A DNA stretch of 64,000 nt, from assembly GCA_965249365.1 (NCBI GenBank), contig OZ252229.1:2117893-2181892 (forward strand), in the 5' to 3' direction. Numbering within the stretch: position 1 is the first letter of the stretch; every line of letters begins with the position of its first letter. This stretch comes from Dehalococcoidia bacterium (GTDB lineage: Bacteria > Chloroflexota > Dehalococcoidia > Lucifugimonadales > UBA1123). Below, piece by piece: positions 39,277 to 47,140 of the stretch. A program made the translations under genes and the position numbers. Under the pieces are notes generated by a model. The model had not been told where the DNA came from. It searched no databases and saw only the letters and a program-made list of their open reading frames with translations.

Positions 39277-41191
39277 ATACGGTCGAACCCTCATCTCAGT
39301 CGCGGTCATCGTCGTGTTGGCCGGGCTTATTCTCGGCTTCCAGCGGATCGACATAGGCGACTTCCGTCGCGGCGCCGATACGCCGCTCGGACTCAGCCTC
39401 GGGCTCGACCTGCAGGGCGGAAGCCACCTCGTATATCAGGCTAGCCTCACCGATCCCGGGACCGGCCGCCCGGTCGGCGTTACCCCCGACCAGATGGACT
39501 CGCTGATGCGGACGATCGAGCGGCGCGTAAACAACTCCGGTCTGGGCGAGCCGATTATCCAGATCCTCGGCTCGGACAGGCTGCTCATCCAGCTTCCGGG
39601 CGTCGACGATCCAGATCGGGCTAAAGAGATCATCGGTGAGACAGCCCGCCTCGAGTTCAAGCGCCGAGAGTTCAATGTAGCTCGTGATGTCGATGAGATA
39701 ACCGATGCGGAGGTACTGAGTATCACCGTCGGGTTCATGCCACTTCCTGAGGTCGAGTCGCCTGACGAGGCGGAGGCGACGTCGGAGGCGGCTGAGGAAG
39801 AATCCGCCCCGCAGGCGGCTGAAGGAGAGCCTGAGTCTGATCCCGCCCAGGAGTCTGAGGAAGAGGCCACCCCGCAACCGGCGGAAGAAGAACCGGCTGT
39901 CGGCCCCCTCGTCTTCAAGGTCGAGTTCACGGAATCAGGGGCTGAGAGCTTCCAGTCAATCGTCGACCGCATCTTCGAGAGCTTCGTAATGTCCCAGGCT
40001 GCGATCCAGGCCGGGGACTTCGGCAGCAGGCTCCCCAACTCTGTTGAGCTTACGCTGGACGGGAACGAGCAGCAACGCTTCAGTGTTGGTGTTGGGTCTA
40101 TCCAGAGAATCGACGAAGACGAAAACACATTCGCCATTCTCGTGCCGCCGGATGCCGCCGCTCAGGAGCCGCCGACGTTGGAGGTTGCTCAGGCGAGGCT
40201 TGGGGACAGCCCCACCGTCCAGTTCACTGAGATCCAGGGAACCGTCGATGAGGACACCGGTCTGACCGGTGACGACTTGTCCAGGGCGTTCCCGGCCCAG
40301 CACACCGGGTCCGGTGTGCCGATCGTAAACCTGGAGTTCAACGACCGCGGCACGAGGATATTTGGCGAGCTGACGCAAGACGTCATCGCTAAGGAGCAGG
40401 CGACAGGCCTGCGGGACCAGATCGCGATATTCCTCGATCAAGAGGAGCTGATCTCGCCTCAAGTCGAAGCGGTGATCACCTCCGGGACCGCAATCATCCA
40501 GGGCCGCGACTTCACCGTCGAACGCGTACGCGACATCGCGCTACTGCTCGAGTCTGGCCGGCTCCCGATCCCGATCGAGCTGATCCAGGAGCGGGATGTC
40601 GACGCGATCCTCGGCGCCGACTCCCTCGCGAAGAGCGTGGTCGCCGGCCTCATCGGTCTCGCGCTGGTGCTCCTGTTCATGACGCTGTACTATCGGCTGC
40701 CCGGCCTCGTGGCCTCGGTCGCCCTCGTCATCTACGCCTCGCTGGTCCTCGCCATCTTCAAGATACTGCCGGTTACGCTCACCTTGAGCGGTGTCGCTGC
40801 GGTGATCCTGTCGATCGGCATGGCCGTGGACGCGAACATCCTGATCTTCGAGCGGATGAAGGATGAGATCCGCGCCGGCCGCACGCTGCTGTCGTCCATT
40901 AACTTCGGCTTCGACCGCGCTTGGCCTGCGATTCGCGACGGCAACGTTTCGACGCTCATCACCTGCGCGATTCTGTTCTGGTTTGCCGACCAGCTCGGCG
41001 CCAGCATCGTTCAGGGCTTCGCCGCGACGCTTGCGATCGGAGTGGCGGTCAGCATGTTCACCGCAATCACCGTAAGCCGAACACTGCTCAGGTTCGTGGC
41101 GACGACCAGGCTGACCCGGACGATCCGCATCTGGCTCCCGTCCGGCGGCAGCGAGGTGCCCCAGCAGTTCCTGACTGATACGGCAGACTGA
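39269..41191 (+). CDS. secD: Protein translocase subunit SecD (with acidic low-complexity insertion)
   Basis: 640 aa. Contains LGLDLQGG, and the C-terminal TM bundle has GIGMAVDANILIFERMKDE. The GTG start overlaps cca by 8 nt. Confidence 0.9.
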   Translation: MGRYGRTLISVAVIVVLAGLILGFQRIDIGDFRRGADTPLGLSLGLDLQGGSHLVYQASLTDPGTGRPVGVTPDQMDSLMRTIERRVNNSGLGEPIIQILGSDRLLIQLPGVDDPDRAKEIIGETARLEFKRREFNVARDVDEITDAEVLSITVGFMPLPEVESPDEAEATSEAAEEESAPQAAEGEPESDPAQESEEEATPQPAEEEPAVGPLVFKVEFTESGAESFQSIVDRIFESFVMSQAAIQAGDFGSRLPNSVELTLDGNEQQRFSVGVGSIQRIDEDENTFAILVPPDAAAQEPPTLEVAQARLGDSPTVQFTEIQGTVDEDTGLTGDDLSRAFPAQHTGSGVPIVNLEFNDRGTRIFGELTQDVIAKEQATGLRDQIAIFLDQEELISPQVEAVITSGTAIIQGRDFTVERVRDIALLLESGRLPIPIELIQERDVDAILGADSLAKSVVAGLIGLALVLLFMTLYYRLPGLVASVALVIYASLVLAIFKILPVTLTLSGVAAVILSIGMAVDANILIFERMKDEIRAGRTLLSSINFGFDRAWPAIRDGNVSTLITCAILFWFADQLGASIVQGFAATLAIGVAVSMFTAITVSRTLLRFVATTRLTRTIRIWLPSGGSEVPQQFLTDTAD

Positions 41192-41202
41192 AGGAGGTTC
41201 GA

Positions 41203-42120
41203 TTGGACTTGGTCGGAAAGAGGGGTTGGTTCTATCTGCTCTCGCTGGCGCTGATTCTGCCCGGCGTGGTGTTCCTGATCATCGCGCCCGGACTCAAGGC
41301 GGGAATCGACTTCACCGGCGGCTCATCGCTGACCATCGAGTTCGAGACGGACGTCGACCAGGCTGAGCTGCGAAACAGGGTCGCGCTCGAAGGCCATCCC
41401 GACGCCACGGTCCAGAAGCTCGGTGACCAGACGTACTTCATCAGGACGAAGCAGATTTCGGACGCCGCCAAGACGGTGCTCGTCGACTCACTCGAGGCGA
41501 ACCTGTCTCCCGACGGTCTGAACGAGCTGTCATTCGATCTCGTATCCCCGGTCGTCGCTTCGGAGACAGTCGTCAACGCGTTCTACGCTGTTCTGGCGGC
41601 TGCCTTCGGGATCTTCGTCTACGTCTGGTGGGCCTTCCGCAACGTCCCCAGCCCGTTCCGGTACGGAGCCGCGGCCATCGTCGCGTTGATACACGACGCC
41701 GTCATTGTGATCGGCGTGTTTGCGGTCCTCGGAGAGCTGCTGGACATCGAGGTTGGAACGATGTTCCTCATCGCCATTCTGACCGTAATCGGATACAGCG
41801 TGAACGACACGATAGTCGTCTTCGACCGAATCAGGGAGAACGTGACGACCTATCCGAATCGTGAGCTTTCCGAAGTCGTCAACCTGAGCATCTCCGAGAC
41901 GATTGGCCGCTCTCTCAACACCAGCCTCACGCTCCTGATGACGCTCATGGCACTATTCCTCTTCGGCGGCTCCACGATCCGCGAGTTCCTACTCGTGCTG
42001 CTCATCGGCGTCGTGGCAGGGACTTACAGCTCCATCGGCATAGCGAGCCAGGTGATCATCTCGTGGGAGTACGGAGACATCCGCCGCACCTTCAGAAGGA
42101 TCAGAGGCACCCCGGCGTAG
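41203..42120 (+). CDS. secF: Protein translocase subunit SecF
   Basis: 305 aa. Contains GIDFTGG and SVNDTIVVFDRIREN. A GAAGGAGG Shine-Dalgarno precedes the TTG start. Confidence 0.9.
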   Translation: MDLVGKRGWFYLLSLALILPGVVFLIIAPGLKAGIDFTGGSSLTIEFETDVDQAELRNRVALEGHPDATVQKLGDQTYFIRTKQISDAAKTVLVDSLEANLSPDGLNELSFDLVSPVVASETVVNAFYAVLAAAFGIFVYVWWAFRNVPSPFRYGAAAIVALIHDAVIVIGVFAVLGELLDIEVGTMFLIAILTVIGYSVNDTIVVFDRIRENVTTYPNRELSEVVNLSISETIGRSLNTSLTLLMTLMALFLFGGSTIREFLLVLLIGVVAGTYSSIGIASQVIISWEYGDIRRTFRRIRGTPA

Positions 42121-42159
42121 AGGCGGTTAGCGACGCACCCTACCTGAGTCGGGGATGCA

Positions 42160-42410
42160 ATGGGCACTGGGAGCGCGGGCATCCTGCCCGCATGGGGGTG
42201 GTGGGGTGCATCCTCGGACCGCAGTGCATCCGTTTGTCCTGAGCCCGTCGCAAGGGGCACTGGGAGCGCGGGCATCCTGCCCGCATGGGGGCGGTGGGGT
42301 GCATCCTCGGACCGAAGTTGCAACGTTCGTCCTGAGCCCGTCGAAGGACGAAGCCCGAACCACCGTAGTGCATCCGTTCGTCCTGAGCCCGTCGAAGGAC
42401 GAAGCCCGCA
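42160..42410. repeat. Cluster of REP-like hairpin elements: 2 copies of unit A (gggcactgggagcgcgggcatcctgcccgcatggggg..., 93-nt period) and 3 copies of unit B (gtcctgagcccgtcgaaggacgaagcccg)
   Basis: The copies were read directly at 42162/42255 (A) and 42224/42317/42368 (B). The hairpins are gcgggca-tcc-tgcccgc and cgtcct..aggacg. The cluster lies between convergent secF and an ADH gene. Confidence 0.8.
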
Positions 42411-42413
42411 CTC

Positions 42414-43442
42414 CTACGGCCGCAGGATCACGCGCCCGGTAACCTGCCGTTCCGCCACCATCCGGACGTATGCGCCCACCTCATCCAGAGCCGCAACCGA
42501 TCCAACCACCGGTTCCACCACACCCCCCGCCACCAGCTCGATAGCCCTCTCGATGTCGCGAAGGTTCGCTCCTGTCGAGCCGTAAACGGACGCGTCCCGG
42601 AACATGATCTCCGTCAGATTGATCGACGTCCGACCGCCTGTGACCTCCCCAAGCAGCACCATCCTCCCGTACTGCGACATGCTCCGGATCGAGCTCGACA
42701 TGGTCGCAGAACCCACCGTATCCACAACGACATCCGCCCCCGCATCCTCCGTGAACGCAAGGACGAGCTCCGAGAAATCCAGCTCGTCCCCGAGTATCAC
42801 TCCTCCAGGCGCAAACCGTTCGAGCTCATCCAGCTTGGCGACCGAGGACGTCACCGCGAAGACCTGCGCTCCGAGGCCTGCCGCGATCTGCACCGCGTGA
42901 ACCCCGAGGCCGCCCCCCGCGCCGGTCACGACTACGGATTCGCCCTCCGAGACCCGTGCCCTCGACTCAATCGCCCTGACGCAGACGCCGATCGGGCAGG
43001 CGAGCAGAGCCGCTCGTGACAGCTCGATCTCCGCCGGAACCGGGACCACGCATCTCGCTGGCAGCGCGACATACTCGGCGAAACCGCCGTTGATACCGTG
43101 GCCGACTCCTGACCCGAAGCGGCACCTGTATTGGAGACCCGACCGACACCGGTCGCACTGGCCGCAGAACGCAGTCAGCGAGCTGACGACACGGTCCCCC
43201 TCGGAGACGTCCGAGACACCGGTTCCGACCTGTGCGATCCGTCCTGAGACTTCGTGCCCAAGGACGACGCTGTGGTCTACGCCCCTCCGCAGGAGTCCGG
43301 TCATGATAGCGATGTCGTGGCCGCACAGGCCGGTGGAGTCGACCTCGACGACGACCTGGCCCTCGGCGGCCTCTGGGGTCGGGACGTCCCGGATCTCCAG
43401 GACCGGTTCCGGTCCAGGCTCGCTGACCAAAAGCGCCCTCAA
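42414..43442 (-). CDS. Zinc-dependent alcohol dehydrogenase family (MDR) oxidoreductase
   Basis: Contains CGHD, GHE, C..C..C and GAGGGLG. The TTG start overlaps the upstream stop (TTGA). The 550-aa track ORF reads through into the upstream gene in another register and is not used. Confidence 0.8.
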   Translation of the reverse strand: MRALLVSEPGPEPVLEIRDVPTPEAAEGQVVVEVDSTGLCGHDIAIMTGLLRRGVDHSVVLGHEVSGRIAQVGTGVSDVSEGDRVVSSLTAFCGQCDRCRSGLQYRCRFGSGVGHGINGGFAEYVALPARCVVPVPAEIELSRAALLACPIGVCVRAIESRARVSEGESVVVTGAGGGLGVHAVQIAAGLGAQVFAVTSSVAKLDELERFAPGGVILGDELDFSELVLAFTEDAGADVVVDTVGSATMSSSIRSMSQYGRMVLLGEVTGGRTSINLTEIMFRDASVYGSTGANLRDIERAIELVAGGVVEPVVGSVAALDEVGAYVRMVAERQVTGRVILRP

Positions 43443-44341
43443 TCGGCCACCGAGTCCAGCTTGGCCGGAAGGTTGTCGGCTACCGCTTCTATCACGTCTC
43501 TGAGCGGCCTTCCCCGGTCGATCGTCTCCGGGCTTTCCGAGGCAAACGGCGTCGAGTCCAGCAGCCGGTAGATCTCTGCCGCTCCCAGGTGGAACCCGGG
43601 GGTGACTCCCACAGCCTCGAATGTCTTCGCGATCTCCTCCATCTCGCCGATCCACCGACCCGCGTTCGCCGGGAGACCGGGGACGCCCGACTCCATCGCG
43701 GACAGCGCACCCTGCTGGCTGAACGACAGCTCGGCGATCAGCTCGTCGAACAGTCCGAGCGACTGCGCCGCCGTGAGCATCGCGACACGAAGAGTTGAAG
43801 TCCCCTTCGTCATCGACGCGTAGCACATCTTTATTCCGGAGGCTCTGCCTATCTCGGACCCCAGGTTCCTGACCGCGACGCCCTTGTCGTCCAGCTCGTT
43901 CATGAGCCCCGCGTGCGGCCCGGACGTATAGATTCTGGGGACGGCGCCCCGAGCAGGCGACCCGCCGATAATCCCGCCGTCGATGTAAACGCCACCGGCG
44001 TCGCGGATGATCGAGTCCATCCGTAACGCGGTGGCCGGTGATACGGCGTTGCAGTCCGCAAAGCACCTCGACCCCCCGACCGAGCGGATTGCCCCGGCCA
44101 CTTCGCCTGCGACCGATAGCGCCTGCGCAGGCACCAGGATCGACAGAATCAGGTCCGTCTGCAGCGTCATCTCCTCCAAAGTCGGCACTTCTCGGAATCC
44201 CCCTGCCGCGGCCAGTTCCCTCGTTCGGTCACTCCGGCCCGCCAGGCAGGTGATCACGTCGTAGCCGTGCTCGGACAGCACCTTCCCAACACCGTGCCCC
44301 ATGTCCCCCGGACTGAGGATCGCTATGGTCTTCAAACTCAT
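43439..44341 (-). CDS. NAD(P)-dependent oxidoreductase (6PGDH-type NAD-binding domain plus DUF1932-like C-terminus)
   Basis: N-terminal IAILSPGDMGHGVG. The ATG at 44341 has a GGGAG Shine-Dalgarno. Confidence 0.7.
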   Translation of the reverse strand: MSLKTIAILSPGDMGHGVGKVLSEHGYDVITCLAGRSDRTRELAAAGGFREVPTLEEMTLQTDLILSILVPAQALSVAGEVAGAIRSVGGSRCFADCNAVSPATALRMDSIIRDAGGVYIDGGIIGGSPARGAVPRIYTSGPHAGLMNELDDKGVAVRNLGSEIGRASGIKMCYASMTKGTSTLRVAMLTAAQSLGLFDELIAELSFSQQGALSAMESGVPGLPANAGRWIGEMEEIAKTFEAVGVTPGFHLGAAEIYRLLDSTPFASESPETIDRGRPLRDVIEAVADNLPAKLDSVAD

Positions 44342-44445
44342 ACACTGGCTCCCTACTGATTTGATGGGCGGGCTACGCCGCATTATATGTTAGCCCCCGT
44401 CACCCATCAACGACGCGCAACTACCACCGAGCGGGCGAGAACGCC

Positions 44446-44521
44446 CCCTCATTCCCATTCCTAATTCCTCACTCCTCACTCCTCACTCTTCTTTCCTCTT
44501 TCCTCACTCCTCACTCCCCAC
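44446..44521. repeat. Pyrimidine-rich microsatellite-like tract (cctcact / ctttcct units)
   Basis: Read directly. Its reverse complement resembles the purine-rich module (gaggaaagaggaacgagg) of the 58320-58912 tandem array. Confidence 0.6.
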
Positions 44522-44560
44522 TGCTACAATGTCCCAAACCACCACTCAGGAGCCACGCAA

Positions 44561-45421
44561 TTGAAGATAGGAGCACACGTCTCAACGGCCGGAGGAGTCC
44601 ACACCGCGATCGAACGGGCCGCCGACCTAGGAGCCGAGACGATCCAGATCTTCGCCTCCTCTCCCAGGGCGTGGAGATTCCGCGAGTTCAAACCTGAAGA
44701 CGTCAGCCGCTTCCGCGAGGCATCGGAAGAGACGTCAATCACGCCTGTCTTCATCCACGGAAGTTACCTAGTCAACATAGGCGGCGCACCAGACCTCCTC
44801 CAAAAGTCCGAGACGTGCCTCGTTCAGAACATGGAAGCCGCCGCCGTGATAGGTGCCTCCGGAGTAGTCTTTCACGCTGGGAGTCACAAGGGCAGGGGGT
44901 TCGACGCAGTGATCGAAGACGCCGCCGACGTTCTCAAGCGCGTTCTGGATTCCAGCCCGGAAGGTCCCTGGCTGATAGTCGAGAACAGCGCCGGAATGGG
45001 CGCGCATCTCGGCGCGTCCTTCGAAGAGCTTGCGGAGTTGATCTCCAGGGTAGACAGCGACAGACTTAAGGTATGCCTCGATACCGAGCACTGTTTTGCG
45101 GCGGGGTACGACCTCGCTGACACCGAAGGCATCGCCACTGCGATGGGGGAGTTCGAGCGTCTCGTTGGCCTTGAACGCCTCGTCGTCGTACACGCCAACG
45201 ACGCGAAGGTGGAGCTCGGGTCCGGAGTCGACAGGCATGAGAACATCGGAGATGGTCACATCGGAATCAACGGATTCGAGGTGATCATGAGTAGCCCCGC
45301 GTTTCGGGACGTGCCGTTTGTCCTCGAGGTTCCCGGTCAGGACAAGAAGGGGCCTGACAAGGACAACGTCGACCGTCTCAAGCAGATTCGCGCTCGGCTC
45401 GATTCCGCCGCAGGTGAGTAG
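44561..45421 (+). CDS. nfo: Deoxyribonuclease IV (endonuclease IV)
   Basis: 286 aa. Contains KIGAHVS, HGSYL.N, LDT.H, and HANDAK...GS..DRHE.IG.G.I. Confidence 0.9.
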   Translation: MKIGAHVSTAGGVHTAIERAADLGAETIQIFASSPRAWRFREFKPEDVSRFREASEETSITPVFIHGSYLVNIGGAPDLLQKSETCLVQNMEAAAVIGASGVVFHAGSHKGRGFDAVIEDAADVLKRVLDSSPEGPWLIVENSAGMGAHLGASFEELAELISRVDSDRLKVCLDTEHCFAAGYDLADTEGIATAMGEFERLVGLERLVVVHANDAKVELGSGVDRHENIGDGHIGINGFEVIMSSPAFRDVPFVLEVPGQDKKGPDKDNVDRLKQIRARLDSAAGE

Positions 45422-46139
45422 ACCGAACGGCAATCGGCTGGAGACGCTGCTCGACAGCGGCGTCCTCGGCGGCGGCAATCTCCGGGCAGCCGTCCTCGGC
45501 GCCAACGATGGGCTCGTATCGAACCTGAGCCTCGTGATGGGCGTTGCGGGCGGAGTGGACGATCCAAACCTCGTTCTTCTCGCGGGAATCGCCGGTCTGC
45601 TAGCCGGCGCCTTCTCGATGGCGGCGGGAGAGTACATCTCCGTCGGCAGCCAGCGTGACGTTTACAGGCACCGAATCAGGCTCGAGTCGGCCCGCATGAG
45701 CAGGGACCATGCCTATGGTCGTGTGCTGCTAGAAGGGATCTATAGATCGAAAGGACTCGACGACGATGAGGCCGCGGACGTCGCGGACCGGATCATGGAG
45801 CACCCGGACGTTGCGCTCGAGACGATCGCCCGAGAGGAGCTCGGACTTGCCCCCGATTCTCTGGGTTCCCCCTCGGGAGCGGCGGCCAGTTCATTCGTCG
45901 CGTTCACACTGGGTGCTATCCTCCCGGTCCTGCCGTACCTCGCCGATGCCGGATCGCTCGCATTAGTCCTCAGCGCCGGAGTGAGCGCCGCGGCGCTCGC
46001 GGCAATCGGCGCCGTGATTGGCTCAGGGTCTGGTAGAAGCCCGCTCCTTGGTGCAGGTAGAATGCTCCTCTTCGGAGGGCTGGCCGCAGCGGTCACGTTC
46101 GGCATCGGTAGTCTCATCGGGACCAGGCTAGCCGGCTGA
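45414..46139 (+). CDS. VIT1/CCC1-family (DUF125) iron/manganese transporter-like membrane protein
   Basis: Contains LRAAVLGANDGLVSNLSLVMGVAG and C-terminal TM helices. I prefer the GTG at 45414, which gives an 8-nt overlap with nfo; the track start at 45318 would overlap nfo by 104 nt. Confidence 0.7.
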   Translation: MSRPNGNRLETLLDSGVLGGGNLRAAVLGANDGLVSNLSLVMGVAGGVDDPNLVLLAGIAGLLAGAFSMAAGEYISVGSQRDVYRHRIRLESARMSRDHAYGRVLLEGIYRSKGLDDDEAADVADRIMEHPDVALETIAREELGLAPDSLGSPSGAAASSFVAFTLGAILPVLPYLADAGSLALVLSAGVSAAALAAIGAVIGSGSGRSPLLGAGRMLLFGGLAAAVTFGIGSLIGTRLAG

Positions 46140-46195
46140 AACCCCCGTCGCTGCTTGTTACCATACGACTCAGTCAAATCCAAGGAGGATGCTCA

Positions 46196-46951
46196 ATGGG
46201 TCTCAGGGACAAGGTCTGCATCATCACCGGCGGCGGCAGCGGGATCGGACGCGCCTCTGGGCTGATGATGGCAGAAGAAGGCGCGGTGGTTGTCGCTGTC
46301 GGCAGGACGGCGTCCAAGGTCGAAAACGTGCGGGACGAGATAGTCGGGAACGGCGGAACCGCCGAGGCCTACGGCGTGGACGTTGGAGACAAGGACAGTA
46401 TCACCGAGATGGTTTCCAAGGTGTTGGACAGGTTCGGCAAGGTGGACGTGCTGGTCAACAACGCCGGACACAGTTCGCCCCACAGGATGCTGCTGACCAC
46501 GACTCCCGAAGATCTGCGGTCCGTCTATGAGAGCAACCTCTCCGGATCTGTCTACTGCACCCAGGCCGTCGTCCCATCGATGAAGGAAGCGGGCCAGGGT
46601 ACGATTATCAACGTATCATCCATGGCCGGGCTGACCGGCAGCCCACTTGCCGGAATGAGCTACAGTGCCGCAAAGGCTGCGGTGATCAACTTCACCGGAT
46701 TCCTGAACACCGAGCTCCGCAACACCGGCATCCGGGCCAGCGTTGTCATCCCAGGCGAGGTCGACACCCCGATCCTGGACGGAAGGCCGGTCGTCCCGTC
46801 CGCCGAGGCACGAGAGACGATGGTGACCGCCGAAGACACCGCCGAGGCGATCACATTGATCGCCCGCCTTCCCCAACGAGCTGCCATACCTGAACTCGTC
46901 ATTCGGCCAACGTGGTTGCGTGACACGAGTAATGAGATCAATATAGCGTGA
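46196..46951 (+). CDS. SDR family oxidoreductase
   Basis: 251 aa. Contains TGGGSGIGRA, NNAG and YSAAKAA. An AAGGAGG Shine-Dalgarno lies upstream. Confidence 0.85.
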   Translation: MGLRDKVCIITGGGSGIGRASGLMMAEEGAVVVAVGRTASKVENVRDEIVGNGGTAEAYGVDVGDKDSITEMVSKVLDRFGKVDVLVNNAGHSSPHRMLLTTTPEDLRSVYESNLSGSVYCTQAVVPSMKEAGQGTIINVSSMAGLTGSPLAGMSYSAAKAAVINFTGFLNTELRNTGIRASVVIPGEVDTPILDGRPVVPSAEARETMVTAEDTAEAITLIARLPQRAAIPELVIRPTWLRDTSNEINIA

Positions 46952-47035
46952 GCACAGGCCGTCTTGCTGACTTCCAGGTTTCGGAGTCTGCTGGTTTAGT
47001 TTCAGTTGACGAGGTCGCCTGCCGTTGTCGCTGGT

Positions 47036-47064
47036 TTGACAAAGCTACGGCCGGCTGATATAAA
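47036..47064 (+). promoter_or_regulatory. Putative promoter of ABC operon (TTGACA-17 nt-TATAAA)
   Basis: Near-consensus hexamers with a 17-nt spacer, read directly about 75 nt upstream of the ATG at 47141. A strong AAGGAGG Shine-Dalgarno lies between. Confidence 0.55.
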
Positions 47065-47140
47065 GCGCCCATCCCCGCGAGGGGGCAAGGCTCCGCGTGG
47101 TCGCGGATCGTTTTCGTTTAGAGCTTAAGGAGGACGAACA

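Noticed and set aside
42024-42585. ORFs of 77-141 aa on both strands across 42121-42413
   Set aside because: They are translations of REP-like hairpin units (repeated PHGGGGVHPRT and FVLSPSKDEA peptides) in an intergenic gap between convergent genes.
42414-44066. 550-aa ORF as a single gene
   Set aside because: Only the C-terminal 342 aa look like an MDR dehydrogenase. The N-terminal part is an Arg/Gly-rich out-of-frame read-through of the real upstream gene (43439-44341). The TTGA start/stop overlap at 43439-43442 gives clean boundaries.
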